From: Macrostomum hystrix
Lineage: Eukaryota > Animalia > Platyhelminthes
NCBI GenBank assembly: GCA_950097015.1
Contig: CATNEN010000007.1
Span: 3,906,001 to 3,970,000 of the forward strand
DNA length: 64,000 nt
Reading direction: 5' to 3'
In this document: in pieces, positions 25,271 through 38,500 of the stretch
Numbering within the stretch: position 1 is the stretch's first letter
Layout: each line of letters opens with the position of its first letter
Program-made: the position numbers and the translations under genes
Notes under the pieces: generated by a model
Database searches by the model: none
What the model was told of the DNA's origin: nothing
What the model saw: the letters and a program-made list of their open reading frames with translations, nothing else

Positions 25271-25757
25271 GCACCATAGTGATTTGATCTATACTAATCA
25301 CTAAGTTCCCAAGCACTAAAAAGATAGTTTAAAAATGTATTGCTTATTTTTTTAACTCACCACCAGTCAGTAATCCACTGTTGCATCATACCTAATTGAC
25401 TTGACTGATACTTTGTACAGTGTACCATTGTGTTCAACAAAAAATCTCGAATGTAGGCATCTGGCGTAATAAAAAACTAAACAATGTCACAGCACAAGGG
25501 AACAAATGACGAAGGCTAAGAACTGAAATTGCAATCTTAGACAGTCATGTTTGCGTCGTACACGTTTTATTGTTTGAACAGTGAGTAATGTTATTGCATT
25601 CGCTACCAACATTTAGAAATTGTTTAATCAACAATTGAAATTACACTAAAATTTTCGCGAAAATATTTATGGAAATAGTCATCACAAATACTTGAACACT
25701 TTCGCACAAATACTGCCTTCACACTTCGTCTGAGAATTCGTATTTACTTTCGTGAAA

Positions 25758-26062
25758 TAATTGATATAATTGATTACACCTGCCCCAATTGGGTCAGATG
25801 TGCAGCCGACAGCACAGCCGCAGCTATTGCGCGGCGCATCTGAAGGCTGCGTACAGCTGTTCAGTCCATGGACTGGGGGGACGCCACACCCACCTTCAAT
25901 TATCCCAGCTGATGCTGGTACCCACTTAACAGCTGGGTGAACTGAAGCAATGCAGAGTTAAGTGTCTTGCTAAAGGACACAAATTGTTCCAGTGGAGTTG
26001 GGAATCGAACCCCCGACCTTCAAGTCGTGAGTCCGACGCCCTAACCACTAGGCTACAACCTC
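25758..26062 (-). mobile_element. tRNA-derived CORE-type SINE with 9-bp TSD
   Basis: Head GTTGTAGCCTAGTGGTTAGG...GGGTTCGATTCCC (A/B boxes); body GTGTCCTTTAGCAAGACACTTAAC...CAGTTCACCCAGCTGTTAAGTGGG resembles the MIR/CORE domain; TSD TTCGTGAAA at 25749-25757 and 26063-26071. Confidence 0.85.
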
Positions 26063-28729
26063 TTCGTGAAAATGCAATACCTATGAATTCTGTATGAATT
26101 ACATATTAATTATATTCTCATTGTACGCTCGTATATATATACAGAATTTTATTTACCATAAAATCAAATGTTTTTCACTATAGACTTGCGACTATAGTGA
26201 CAATCCTTCGCAATCATATACAGAAAGACGAAATTATTACACTAACTAGAGGACTGTTTTGAATGGTTCATTACAGAACAATAGTTAATAAGGTAAATAA
26301 GAAATGCTCATAATTCTCGACAGTCTGTATTACCATTCCATTCGTCTACAAGCTCCAGCCCTGCGTCATCTGCGAGGAAATAGTCTAGAAACTCGTTAAT
26401 GTCCTCGTCTGGGTCTTCTTCCGGGTTGGTGTCTTCAGGTGTTGACACTCTACGATTAGAATGGTCGCCGGTACCGCCAACAGACTGCTGTTGCCTGGCC
26501 ATCGAAAATTCTGATCGAGGTTCTTCACCATCAGACGATGCTGTTGATTCGCTAGACGGTGCATCCAAATTCTCAAATTGGCCGCAACAACTAAAGATAA
26601 ACATTTTTGATCGAGGCGTTTGCATTGGATATTTCGTCGATGCCAATGACAAGTCATGCAGTCAGTCAGTCAGTCAATTTTTAGTCACACATTTTAATTC
26701 AAACCATATAATATACCACTAAAGTGAACTGTACTATAGTGACACTTTCACATTTGTCCATAGATTGCAATACATTTACTAATTATAACACGGTAGTGAT
26801 CCTTATAACGTATATTTCTATGTTATGCCTATTTTTGTCTCATAATAGCGCAGATGCATACAAATTGTCACACACCTGATAAACTTTAGTCTATGTTGCA
26901 TACCTATGAATTGATACATTCTGTAAGATAAACGCTGATATTGCATTGCATATGCGATTGCTAACAATTTACCAAATTGTCAAATCAATTCGTTCGATCG
27001 ATTTTAGTGATCTTACCATTACTGAACACTTTGGTCGATAATGAAGCGATCAGTTGCCACAGTCAATGTAGACAGCAATCGACATGGCGATCAGTCATTG
27101 TCCGCAACTGCCACCGCCATCGCCACCGCAGCCGCCGTCGCTGTTAATACTAAATCTACTTCCACCGCTGCTGCTTCTGCTAATCATTCGATTGCACGTG
27201 CTGGTTGTGACAACGACATTGTAATTGCCATAAAGGATAGCAGTAGCAGTGACGAATACACGTCGACGTCCACCGTCAGCATACTGGTTAGCACGCAGCG
27301 GTTGGCGAGCACCGGTTGGCGAGCCAAGCGACGAAGAACGACGACTAGCTATAGCGACGCCGACCGATCCGACCCGAGCCAAATGCCACGGCAGAGCATT
27401 GTCGACAATTTGCCCAGCAGTGTCAAGCGACAACAGGCACTCCATTGTTGGATGACCAGTCAGCGCATTGTGCGTACAAATAGTGTAACTCTACAACACT
27501 CTAGTACACCAACACCATCATCGGTCCGGCTACAACATCGCCGAATCTGTCACGGTCGTATTCACCAGATACAATACAACGACCTGTATCGCCGTGTACG
27601 TCTGCGACATATTAACACGACGTCGTCACGCGTGACTCATCGTGACACAGTCGACCAGCAGGACGGTGTCATCGGCAGTCGAATACCATCTGATGTACAA
27701 TCTATGGCGTCAATCAATGTCTTTAGTTTTGCCAATAGTTACGACGGCTTGTTCGACTAAGAGCCAGGCTTGGACGATCGGCGGCTACTGTATGTTCAGA
27801 TGCCTGGATGCAGTCATCAGAAGATATGGATAATTGCCGTACTGATTGCAACGGACAACGTACAATGGCCAGAACTCCAGTCGGAACCATGGCTACTGCA
27901 TCTCATGATGCTGTGCGTGTAGTTATCGATGGCGACGATAATGCCACACTTGCACAATCTCGACGGCCTTCCACTAGGATCAGTGATCATATACTGCGTC
28001 TCGCAATTCCATCTGGTGGCGGTGACAGGCCTGAAGCACGGACAGTATCATGTTTATCATCGATGTCATTAATGATTGACGCAGTTGTTGTTCCAGAATG
28101 GACATCGTCTAATACGGTTGTAAATTATTTTGTTATTTGTGTTAAAAGTGTTCATCATGCTGCGTTAACTGTTTGCAAAGATAGTGCAAATGCTGCTGTC
28201 GCTGCTACCGCAGTTCAATCGGTGACCGACAAGGAGCCATCTATTGTGCCCAAATCGTGGAGCGCCACAACCACCAATAATTTTGCTAACAATACTCGAC
28301 TACAAGACTCTTATTTATTCGGTGGTATGATCGTGAAGCGGTCGGACCAACCCGTGTGGACACACGCGAGAGGTACGAAACGTGTTAGGCGATATGTATA
28401 ATGCAGAACTACGTCATCGATTTAGATTTAGGCGACAACTGTTCAGTATAAAGCTGAACATTCGAGACGTTGGCATTGTCACAGCTATTGTGTTTACTAC
28501 AATTTGTTCCGAATGTGAACAGTTGGTCGTCACCAAAGCAGCTCGGTCTACTGTTGACTTTACAACTGGTCGGGCATTGGATCTGTTCGCCATGTTGTAC
28601 TGCATCGAATCATTCACTGTAACAGAGCACGACGTCGCACAGTCCAATGGAAAATGTAGGCAGTGTAATTATATTCTGTCGTCTAGTAGAGGCCGCGCTT
28701 CCATTCGATGTACTGGATTTGACGCATCG

Positions 28730-29295
28730 GTCCTGGACTGGGTGCTGCGCGTCAGTCTTCCTGATGACTCTGATGGCTTCCTGATCTGCCGCAGAACGAG
28801 CAGGCGACATCCTGAGAAGCGAGTATCCATACTGGCTTACGCAGACGACCTGGCGCTGTTGTCAAGTTCCGTTGAAGGAGCCCAACGCATGCTGGACAAG
28901 CTGACAGCCGCGGCAGCTGTGGTCGGGCTGACTGTGAACGCCCGAAAAACGATGGTGCTCACGACGCCGACGGACCTACCGGCTGAAATCCGCTGCCCGA
29001 CCTGCCGTGACCCGAGCGTGCAGGTGGCGCTGCTACCTCGCTGCACGGAGTTTTTGTACCTAGGCGGCCTGGTTCCGATCGAGCGTGCAGGGCGACATCG
29101 CACGGCGCAGAGCTCTGGCCTGGGGAGCCTTCCGCTCCTTGCGAACTGTGCTGCAGTGCCCCGCGCTTCCAAACCGGCTGAGGGGGCGGTTGTATCAGGC
29201 CGTGATTGAAACCGTGCTCTTGTACAACGCCCACACGTGGACCCTGACCAGCTCGCAGGAGCGGCAGTTGGACGCCGCACACGCAGCTCTCCGCA
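28730..29295 (+). mobile_element. Non-LTR retrotransposon (RTE-like) reverse transcriptase fragment, frameshifted
   Basis: VLDWVLR...LAYADDLALLSSS...GLTVNARKTMVL...FLYLGG, then RLYQAVIETVLLYNAHTWTLT in another frame. Confidence 0.9.
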
Positions 29296-30062
29296 CAGGC
29301 GGTGGATTTGGGGGAATTCCGATAAATGTTACATGAATCATGCTACTCGTCAACTGCAAGTAGAAAGTATGAAATATGAAGTATGTAACTGGCTATCTAA
29401 ATATTTTACCTTTTCACTGATAATTGCATTTCTTTCTTTCCAAAAATATAGGCAAGCAAACCACAGTTCATACTAATTATACAACTTAAGCTGAATGAGT
29501 TCAGATGGGACTTACTGATTAAGTGCATTTTAAATGTAAATAGATAATATGACGCTTTTTCTATCGTGCAAAGTAAGAACCACAGAATACACGTGGTAAG
29601 AACTAATAAGTGATCACCCATCTCAAACAAATGATATTTCCACCTTCACAGTGAGGGCTTAATGGCTTATCGGAACCCAGAACTACAATTACAACACATC
29701 TAATGTAAAACAAAATGGCTATAAAACTGAATAATTAGTGAACATTTAGTGTTACAATGAAATATGGTATCAAAAGAAATTGATAATAAAAAACTGGGAA
29801 CAAAAAAGATTCGAACCCTCGTACCTCCTATAAATAGAGCTCTATCTAACAACACGCCACGTAGTTATACATAGAAGTGCAGAGCTAGAAAGACAAACTT
29901 ATACTGGCTATAAGACTGAAATCAAAATCAAATCATATTCATGGTACTTTTATTTTACGCCATATTACTTGGTTGCTGGATTATATTGGCTTTCTTATAA
30001 ACGGCAGCTAAATGAAACAATTAAATTAAAGCTGTTTTACCCAGCTCTCCAACCCTTAAAAT

Positions 30063-30355
30063 AGGCTTTTCATTCTACCCACTCCAGAACCAGAATCAGT
30101 TCTAAAATTCCAGGAAGTATAGCGGTATAACTCTACAGTGCCTTAAAAAACGAAGCAGAAACAAGCTTAATTGTAAGTCTGATTATGTACACGTCATTTA
30201 TATATGACAATGATCAGAATAAGATATTAGAAGAAAATAGAACAATATTAAGGGTTTGATTGAAATCATGTTACGTAAAAGATTTCAAGTTTTACTGCTT
30301 TAATTCCTGGAAATTCAGAACCGATTCTAGTTCCGGAATTGACAATGAAAAGCCT
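30063..30355. mobile_element. MITE with ~60-bp imperfect terminal inverted repeats
   Basis: aggcttttcatt...tccagaaccagaatcagttctaaaattccaggaag vs reverse complement of ...ttcctggaaattcagaaccgattctagttccgga...aatgaaaagcct; no clean TSD. Confidence 0.75.
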
Positions 30356-30586
30356 CAAACTCCATCCTTTACTCTAACTCTCACAACCCCACGCCCGCTC
30401 TCCCTGCTCACACTTTAAGGGAATTTTAAAGGTTAAATGCATTTTATATGCAGGCGCAGATGCAGAAGGATTATGAATATAATCCGCGTGTAAACGTAAA
30501 TATTCGAGTGTTAGAAGTGTGAATCAAATAACTGACTAAATTAGACTCAAACGAGCACTGCGAATTTGTATTAATACTATAATGTA

Positions 30587-30950
30587 GGGGGTCGCTGGCA
30601 GAGCAGTTAACTTGTTTGCCTCTCGCACCACGGTCACTAAGTTCGATTCTGAGGCGAGGCCACATTTATTTTTCACGCAGCAGCGGAGAGAAGGCTTTGG
30701 AAGCTTGTCGTGTAATTACGCCCGTGAGGGCCAACCTCTAAGGCACATGCAGCTATTAAATGTACACTGCCTGATGATAAGAAAGTCAGGGCAGATGTAC
30801 ACACCTGTGTGAGTGTATGCCTGCGTACAGTATCTGTGTGCGTGTGTGCTCAGGAGTCAGCGAAATGGGCAGAATTGCGTCTTTGCTGGCTGCGGGTCAA
30901 GTGTCACTAAATGATGTGCCATTACCCGCAGCCCTTCTGCAATTATTCTC
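30587..30950 (+). mobile_element. tRNA-derived SINE family B (most complete copy)
   Basis: A box tggcagagcagttaa, B box aagttcgattct; body homologous to 51590-51800 (-), 1349-1455 and 33231-33280. Confidence 0.75.
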
Positions 30951-32699
30951 AATGTTCATGTATTCATTTGTCTATAGAATTCGTCCCTTTTACATTGTGT
31001 TACATAGAAATAAAGAATTGTATATTTATATTTACTTTGTTTACATGACAAACAAAACGAGTCTGAATAGTCAGGATTTAACGTTTACGTATAAATTTCA
31101 TAACTTTACGTGCATATGGTATAACAAATAATTATACAGAACTAAGTATGCGCATCAAATAAGTGTATTAGTACTTCTCATAAAAAGGTTTTATTAGTTA
31201 CGTTGTTGAATGATTTTTTATTATTATTTTTTTTTTTGTTTAGAATTGTTCAAATCAGAAACGCGCCTTATTGCGCTGCGCCGCCGAAACAGTCCGCCGA
31301 ACTAGTTTAAAAGTTGGCGTTTTACACTTTGGAATTCTTTACATCCATAACAGATTGTAGTTTACTGTGTCTAGAGAAGATATTTTTAAAAGGAACTTTG
31401 TCAATTAAAGTATTAAAATTTTCTACATTTTTTACAATTTTTTAATACAAAGGTAAGCAATGTTTTTTCGTTTTAGTTGCTAGTACTAGTACTACTTATG
31501 TCAGCAAATTGAAATCCCAATCCAATTGTTTTGATTTTCAATATTTCTTAACTGACACAATGAAAATGTTACATGTAAAGTTAATAATAGATGCTAGTCA
31601 AAATTGTTAAAACCTGAGACTAAACTACTAAGAGTGTTACTAATCCAACTTATTATATCCAAATTATCAGTCAGTGGTCTAGCTGCCTAGCTAACATTTT
31701 ATAGACCAAAATAATTGCTATAAAGTATAAGGACTTCAAGTTTTTAATACATTTTAACTTTGCTTGCTTTTTGGGCTTCTTGAACTTTAGTTTGATATAA
31801 AATAGTTCTAGTTTTGAAACTTCTGATAGGATGATATTGATAAATCTGTGGGCCTGTGGCTACTAAGGCTTTTTGATGTACTGATTCCATTTTTAGGCCT
31901 AATCAGATTTGTTATAGCTTTAACCCCCTACCATGCCATAGTCAGGAAGGTTAGAGAATGTGTGTCAAAACAATTTTTTGCCCCTTTGCTTTGCAACAAT
32001 AATAATTAATATGCCTATACCTTTTTATAACATTAGCAGCAACCTTTTTTGTGACATAATATTCTCACTACCCCTATATTATTTTTATAAGTCTATGGTA
32101 CAGGCATACATAATACAAGAGACAAGAGTTACAAGATATGATGAGATTATTATTGTCATTATTGATTATATTATAAGAAATTGAGATTATCAAACCAAAA
32201 ATAGAAACTAGGAAATTTAAATTAAAATTTAAGACAAAACAAGCACAAAACTAAGCAAATAGCAAAAACAAATGTTAAAAAAGAATAATATTATTTGTTT
32301 ATTTTTTTAGTAATATTCAAGTCTACACTACATAGAACAATGACTAGAATGTGCTGTAAAAAATAACATAAAATATGAGAAGTATTTTATAGACCTAAAG
32401 TTCAAGATACCCCACTTTTTGTGAAATAGCATAGATATATAACTAGTATTTATTGTTCTAGCCTTAGCTATATGAATATAATGGGAGCTCATTTTTTAAA
32501 ATGGGTTATCAAAGAAGAAAGTAAGTTATCACTGTTTTAAAGAAAGTTCTTTAAGGAAGTTTGTGTTTGAGATACCATAAGAGCATTTGCTAAGAGCATT
32601 TGCTTTTCTAAAAAAATATTTTTCATGAAAACTCTACTTCTCTATTTACCATAATCAGAAAAGTGTGTGTGTGCCAAAACATTTGATTCTAATTCAGAC

Positions 32700-33790
32700 C
32701 TGAAATGTAAATATCTAGTTTAAAAAATGTGGATATAGTATATATCTCTCTATCTTTTAAATACTTAAATTCATGTGTTGTTTGTCCATGTGTTTGTCAT
32801 TTCGACATCTAGAATACTGGCAAGTCAGCTTTGAAACTTATGGGTAAATCCAATATCCAATCTACAGAAATTATGTCCCAGGAGTTTTGCTTCTTTAATT
32901 GTAATTGATTTCAACGAAGTGCTACAGAACTACATTTAGATCAATAAAATCATCAAGAAAAGCACAAGAAATGCATCCGATTTTTTTCCATCAAAATGCA
33001 TTAGTAGCCAACGTCAATTTTGTCTATAGCTGACGCTATTCAATAGGCATTGGCTATGGACAGGTTGTGTTATTATGTGACAAGAAAGTATTTAAAGCAA
33101 TGTTTTTAGAAAACAAAACTTTCAGCTTGTATATTATGTTACTAGATAAATAATTGTACAAGCACCTAAAAAGTGGAGCCTAATGGATTACAAAAATATG
33201 CAGGTCTAGTCTAGTGTGTCTAGTGTCACCAAATGATGTGCCATTGCCGGCAGCCCTCCTGAAATTATTAATATTTATTATTATTATAAAGTAATTGCGC
33301 TATCATTTTGGCCTATCTGTTTAGTGTATTTTCTCTCCAGTGGAGGGTTGGCAGTCAGTTTGAAAATGGGGCGGAAAGGTAGCCATATGCACATTCTAAT
33401 TGCCTCTGTGCATTGGTAGAGAGGGTGCTGCGAGTCATTTCTATTGAGGGGTCTGATTTGTTCAATATTGAAGTGAGTACAATGGGCTGGGGCAGAGTTG
33501 GCTGGGTTAAAATTCAATTAATAAACTTGGTGGGCCTCCCACTGTAGGCGGAGAAGAATGTGCTTGCTAAACTGGCTGCCCTTTGAGCTGAAAGACAGTG
33601 GAATTTCAACTGAAAATTATTCTTTTTCTTTTCAAGATTGGTGGATAGAATTTGTACTGCTAGAAAGAACTGAAACGATGGGAGATGAGGCAGTGGGAAA
33701 TTAGGCAAAGGGAGATCAGGCGATAGGAGATGTGGCAATGGGACATCAGGCGATGGGAGTTTGATCCCCTCAAATTCCTCCAAAGGAGGA
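32700..33790 (-). pseudogene. Decayed multi-exon gene of unknown family
   Basis: Protein-like frames (EEFEGIKLPSPD...; QRAASLASTFFSAYSGRPTKFIN*ILTQP...; LKVLFSKN...GCISCAFLDDFIDLNVVL*HFVE...) with splice-like boundaries; in-frame stops compatible with CGA/CAG/CAA>T transitions. Confidence 0.4.
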
Positions 33791-34091
33791 ATTCAGCTCG
33801 TAACTTATAAAAATGATCAAAGGTAATAGTGTGCCCTAAGAATTTACTAAGACAGACATACTATTTGTAGACTGAAGCATTGGAAAGTCTAGATCTATTG
33901 TTGTAGTGGTATTATAGTAACAAATCAATAGTTCACATGAAACAAAAAGCTTTTGATTTACTCAAATTTTAAATGTATAAACTAGGCACTAAAGCTTTGC
34001 ATTTCAGTTTGAGTCTTAAATTAAAGTGCATAGAAAATATTCCAATATAATGGTTTTATTTTTATAATTCTAATTTCTGTCTTTCACACAG

Positions 34092-35030
34092 ATGGTTCTA
34101 ACTGGTGCCAATGTGTTTTTTCAAAACAAAGGAAAGGCGGGTAAGTTTTCTTACCTTTTTGGTCAGTATTATTAAAAAATATACTACGGGGATATCTAGT
34201 AAGACTAAAACCCAAGGAATAGTAATGTATGAGTACGCAGCATTATTTTTACTACAAAACATTTTAGTCCATTTATGCAGCATGACATTGTATTTTTCTG
34301 AAAGTCTTTTGAATATTGTTGTATTTCCTAGGCTACATCATATTTTATATTCTCTATAATATTTGTGGGGTGCATCTACTAATTTACATAAAAGCTAGAA
34401 AGAAATAAGCATAATAATTAGTCACTATGTTTTGGTAAAACATGAAAATGAAAATCTTCCTTTAATTCTAGTGTGGACCGCCGAACTGCGTCGCAAGTAT
34501 ATGAGTCTGCCAATCGAAGAAAAGCGACGTCTTCAAGAAGAAGCTAAGAATGAGCAGAAAAAAATAAAAAAAGTGGTAAATGATTTAAAAGCTACAGGTG
34601 AGACATACATACTTATTAAATTAACCCCACGTGGAGCCGAGTTTACCACGTCCAATGACATATCGCCGAATGTTAGAAGCGCTATGGAGCCCCATATAAA
34701 TAAAATAGCAGAACTAATGGAGGACGCGAAAAAAGCAGAACAACAAAATTTGCCAAATGAGCGCAGTGATGTTCAGCTTGCTGAAACTAGTCAGCCACGA
34801 AACCTAGCTTCTGTTTATAGCGATGTGAAAAAAATGCGACAAGAAATTTTTTAAGGGCTAAAATTGAACATAAAACAGCGACAGGTTTCGACGGCAAGAT
34901 TCCATGGAGCCTTGTCGGAAAAAGTTGCAAATTCATTCCAGAATTGAAGGACCCCCATCACTTATCAAGAGAAAAATGTGTAGCGATTTTAAAGGAACTC
35001 GAAAATACAGAACTGACATTTTGTAATTAA
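34092..35030 (+). CDS. Two-exon gene with HMG-box-like helical N-terminus (exons 34092-34140, 34471-35030), one apparent 1-nt deletion in the T run at 34847-34852
   Basis: cag|ATG start; G|gtaag...ctag|TG phase-1 intron; MVLTGANVFFQNKGKAVWTAELRRKYMSLPIEEKRRLQEEAK; restoring one T extends the frame through KIPWSLVGK...DPHHLSREKCVAILKELEN to TAA 35030. HMG similarity is weak. Confidence 0.5.
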
Positions 35031-35571
35031 GTTTCCATTGATGTATCACCTGATCATGATACACCAATAAGTGCCTCTCATCTGCATCAACAGCAGCCTC
35101 AAGTGATGGAAGAAGGGCTGAAGGGAAGGGATTCCCAACTACATACAAGTTGATGACATAACATCACCATAAGTGATTTGGAGAGTGCTGGAGATACGGC
35201 ATTGACTTCTGTAACAGCGAAATATCGGCAACACTTTCACGAAAGTGAAGGTTCAAGGTTTTTGAACTAAATTGAAATTTTAATCCTTTCAATACTCCAT
35301 TTGTAAATCACACAAATATACCTGCTCAGTCATCTTTATATAGGGCAAGCTCTGCACCCAAGATATCGCTTAGACTAGACTAGACAAAACGGAATGACAT
35401 ATTTTAATATGAAACAATTAATAAAGGCCCACACGACGCCAATAGCTTAATATTCGATGGTATATAAGATGCAATCTGCTATGGTTTTCAATGTTTTACA
35501 GCCGAAAATAGTCACTGTGCAGAAAGCAGCTATCTCTGCAGGGACTAAAATCTATATTCTGTCAAGTATTG

Positions 35572-38500
35572 GTGGGATTGTCAATGTGCATCCATTGCTT
35601 TGACATTTTCCCTCTGCATAAAACTAATGCTGGGATTGTCAATGTGCATCCATTGCTTTGACATTTTCCCTCTGCATAAAACTAATGCTGGGATTGTCAA
35701 TGTGCATCCATTGCTTTGACATTTTCCCTCTGCATAAAACTAATGCTGGGATTGTCAATGTGCATTCATTGCTTTGACATTTTCCCTCTGCATAAAACTA
35801 ATGCTGGGATTGTCAATGTGCATTCATTGCTTTGACATTTTCCCTCTGCATAAAACTAATGCTGGGATTGTCAATGTGCATCCATTGCTTTGACATTTTC
35901 CCTCTGCATAAAACTAATGCTGGGATTGTCAATGTGCATTCATTGCTTTGACATTTTCCCTCTGCATAAAACTAATGCTGGGATTGTCAATGTGCATCCA
36001 TTGCTTTGACATTTTCCCTCTGCATAAAACTAATGCTGGGATTGTCAATGTGCATTCATTGCTTTGACATTTTCCCTCTGCATAAAACTAATGCTGGGAT
36101 TGTCAATGTGCATCCATTGCTTTGACATTTTCCCTCTGCATAAAACTAATGCTGGGATTGTCAATGTGCATTCATTGCTTTGACATTTTTCCCTCTGCAT
36201 AAAACTAATGCTGGGATTGTCAATGTGCATCCATTGCTTTGACATTTTCCCTCTGCATAAAACTAATGCTGGGATTGTCAATGTGCATTCATTGCTTTGA
36301 CATTTTCCCTCTGCATAAAACTAATGCTGGGATTGTCAATGTGCATTCATTGCTTTGACATTTTCCCTCTGCATAAAACTAATGCTGGGATTGTCAATGT
36401 GCATCCATTGCTTTGACATTTTCCCTCTGCATAAAACTAATGCTGGGATTGTCAATGTGCATTCATTGCTTTGACATTTTCCCTCTGCATAAAACTAATG
36501 CTGGGATTGTCAATGTGCATCCATTGCTTTGACATTTTCCCTCTGCATAAAACTAATGCTGGGATTGTCAATGTGCATTCATTGCTTTGACATTTTCCCT
36601 CTGCATAAAACTAATGCTGGGATTGTCAATGTGCATTCATTGCTTTGACATTTTCCCTCTGCATAAAACTAATGCTGGGATTGTCAATGTGCATTCATTG
36701 CTTTGACATTTTCCCTCTGCATAAAACTAATGCTGGGATTGTCAATGTGCATCCATTGCTTTGACATTTTTCCCTCTGCATAAAACTAATGCTGGGATTG
36801 TCAATGTGCATTCATTGCTTTGACATTTTCCCTCTGCATAAAACTAATGCTGGGATTGTCAATGTGCATCCATTGCTTTGACATTTTCCCTCTGCATAAA
36901 ACTAATGCTGGGATTGTCAATGTGCATCCATTGCTTTGACATTTTCCCTCTGCATAAAACTAATGCTGGGATTGTCAATGTGCATCCATTGCTTTGACAT
37001 TTTCCCTCTGCATAAAACTAATGCTGGGATTGTCAATGTGCATTCATTGCTTTGACATTTTCCCTCTGCATAAAACTAATGCTGGGATTGTCAATGTGCA
37101 TTCATTGCTTTGACATTTTTCCCTCTGCATAAAACTAATGCTGGGATTGTCAATGTGCATCCATTGCTTTGACATTTTTCCCTCTGCATAAAACTAATGC
37201 TGGGATTGTCAATGTGCATTCATTGCTTTGACATTTTTCCCTCTGCATAAAACTAATGCTGGGATTGTCAATGTGCATTCATTGCTTTGACATTTTCCCT
37301 CTGCATAAAACTAATGCTGGGATTGTCAATGTGCATTCATTGCTTTGACATTTTTCCCTCTGCATAAAACTAATGCTGGGATTGTCAATGTGCATCCATT
37401 GCTTTGACATTTTCCCTCTGCATAAAACTAATGCTGGGATTGTCAATGTGCATCCATTGCTTTGACATTTTTCCCTCTGCATAAAACTAATGCTGGGATT
37501 GTCAATGTGCATTCATTGCTTTGACATTTTCCCTCTGCATAAAACTAATGCTGGGATTGTCAATGTGCATTCATTGCTTTGACATTTTCCCTCTGCATAA
37601 AACTAATGCTGGGATTGTCAATGTGCATCCATTGCTTTGACATTTTCCCTCTGCATAAAACTAATGCTGGGATTGTCAATGTGCATTCATTGCTTTGACA
37701 TTTTCCCTCTGCATAAAACTAATGCTGGGATTGTCAATGTGCATTCATTGCTTTGACATTTTCCCTCTGCATAAAACTAATGCTGGGATTGTCAATGTGC
37801 ATTCATTGCTTTGACATTTTCCCTCTGCATAAAACTAATGCTGGGATTGTCAATGTGCATCCATTGCTTTGACATTTTCCCTCTGCATAAAACTAATGCT
37901 GGGATTGTCAATGTGCATTCATTGCTTTGACATTTTCCCTCTGCATAAAACTAATGCTGGGATTGTCAATGTGCATTCATTGCTTTGACATTTTCCCTCT
38001 GCATAAAACTAATGCTGGGATTGTCAATGTGCATTCATTGCTTTGACATTTTCCCTCTGCATAAAACTAATGCTGGGATTGTCAATGTGCATCCATTGCT
38101 TTGACATTTTCTCTCTGCATAAAACTAATGCTGGGATTGTCAATGTGCATTCATTGCTTTGACATTTTTCCCTCTGCATAAAACTAATGCTGGGATTGTC
38201 AATGTGCATTCATTGCTTTGACATTTTTCCCTCTGCATAAAACTAATGCTGGGATTGTCAATGTGCATTCATTGCTTTGACATTTTCCCTCTGCATAAAA
38301 CTAATGCTGGGATTGTCAATGTGCATTCATTGCTTTGACATTTTTCCCTCTGCATAAAACTAATGCTGGGATTGTCAATGTGCATTCATTGCTTTGACAT
38401 TTTCCCTCTGCATAAAACTAATGCTGGGATTGTCAATGTGCATCCATTGCTTTGACATTTTCCCTCTGCATAAAACTAATGCTGGGATTGTCAATGTGCA

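Noticed and set aside
25990-26062. tRNA gene (also tRNA-like heads at ~29800-29870 and 30587-30660)
   Set aside because: A/B boxes are present but there is no proper cloverleaf or acceptor stem, and each continues into SINE or repeat body
30761-30802. Minimal hammerhead ribozyme (CTGATGA-taa-GAAA)
   Set aside because: No stem III or NUH cleavage triplet follows GAAA. The CTGA pairs in a simple hairpin with TCAGG, and the homologous copy at ~51730 reads CTGGCGA.
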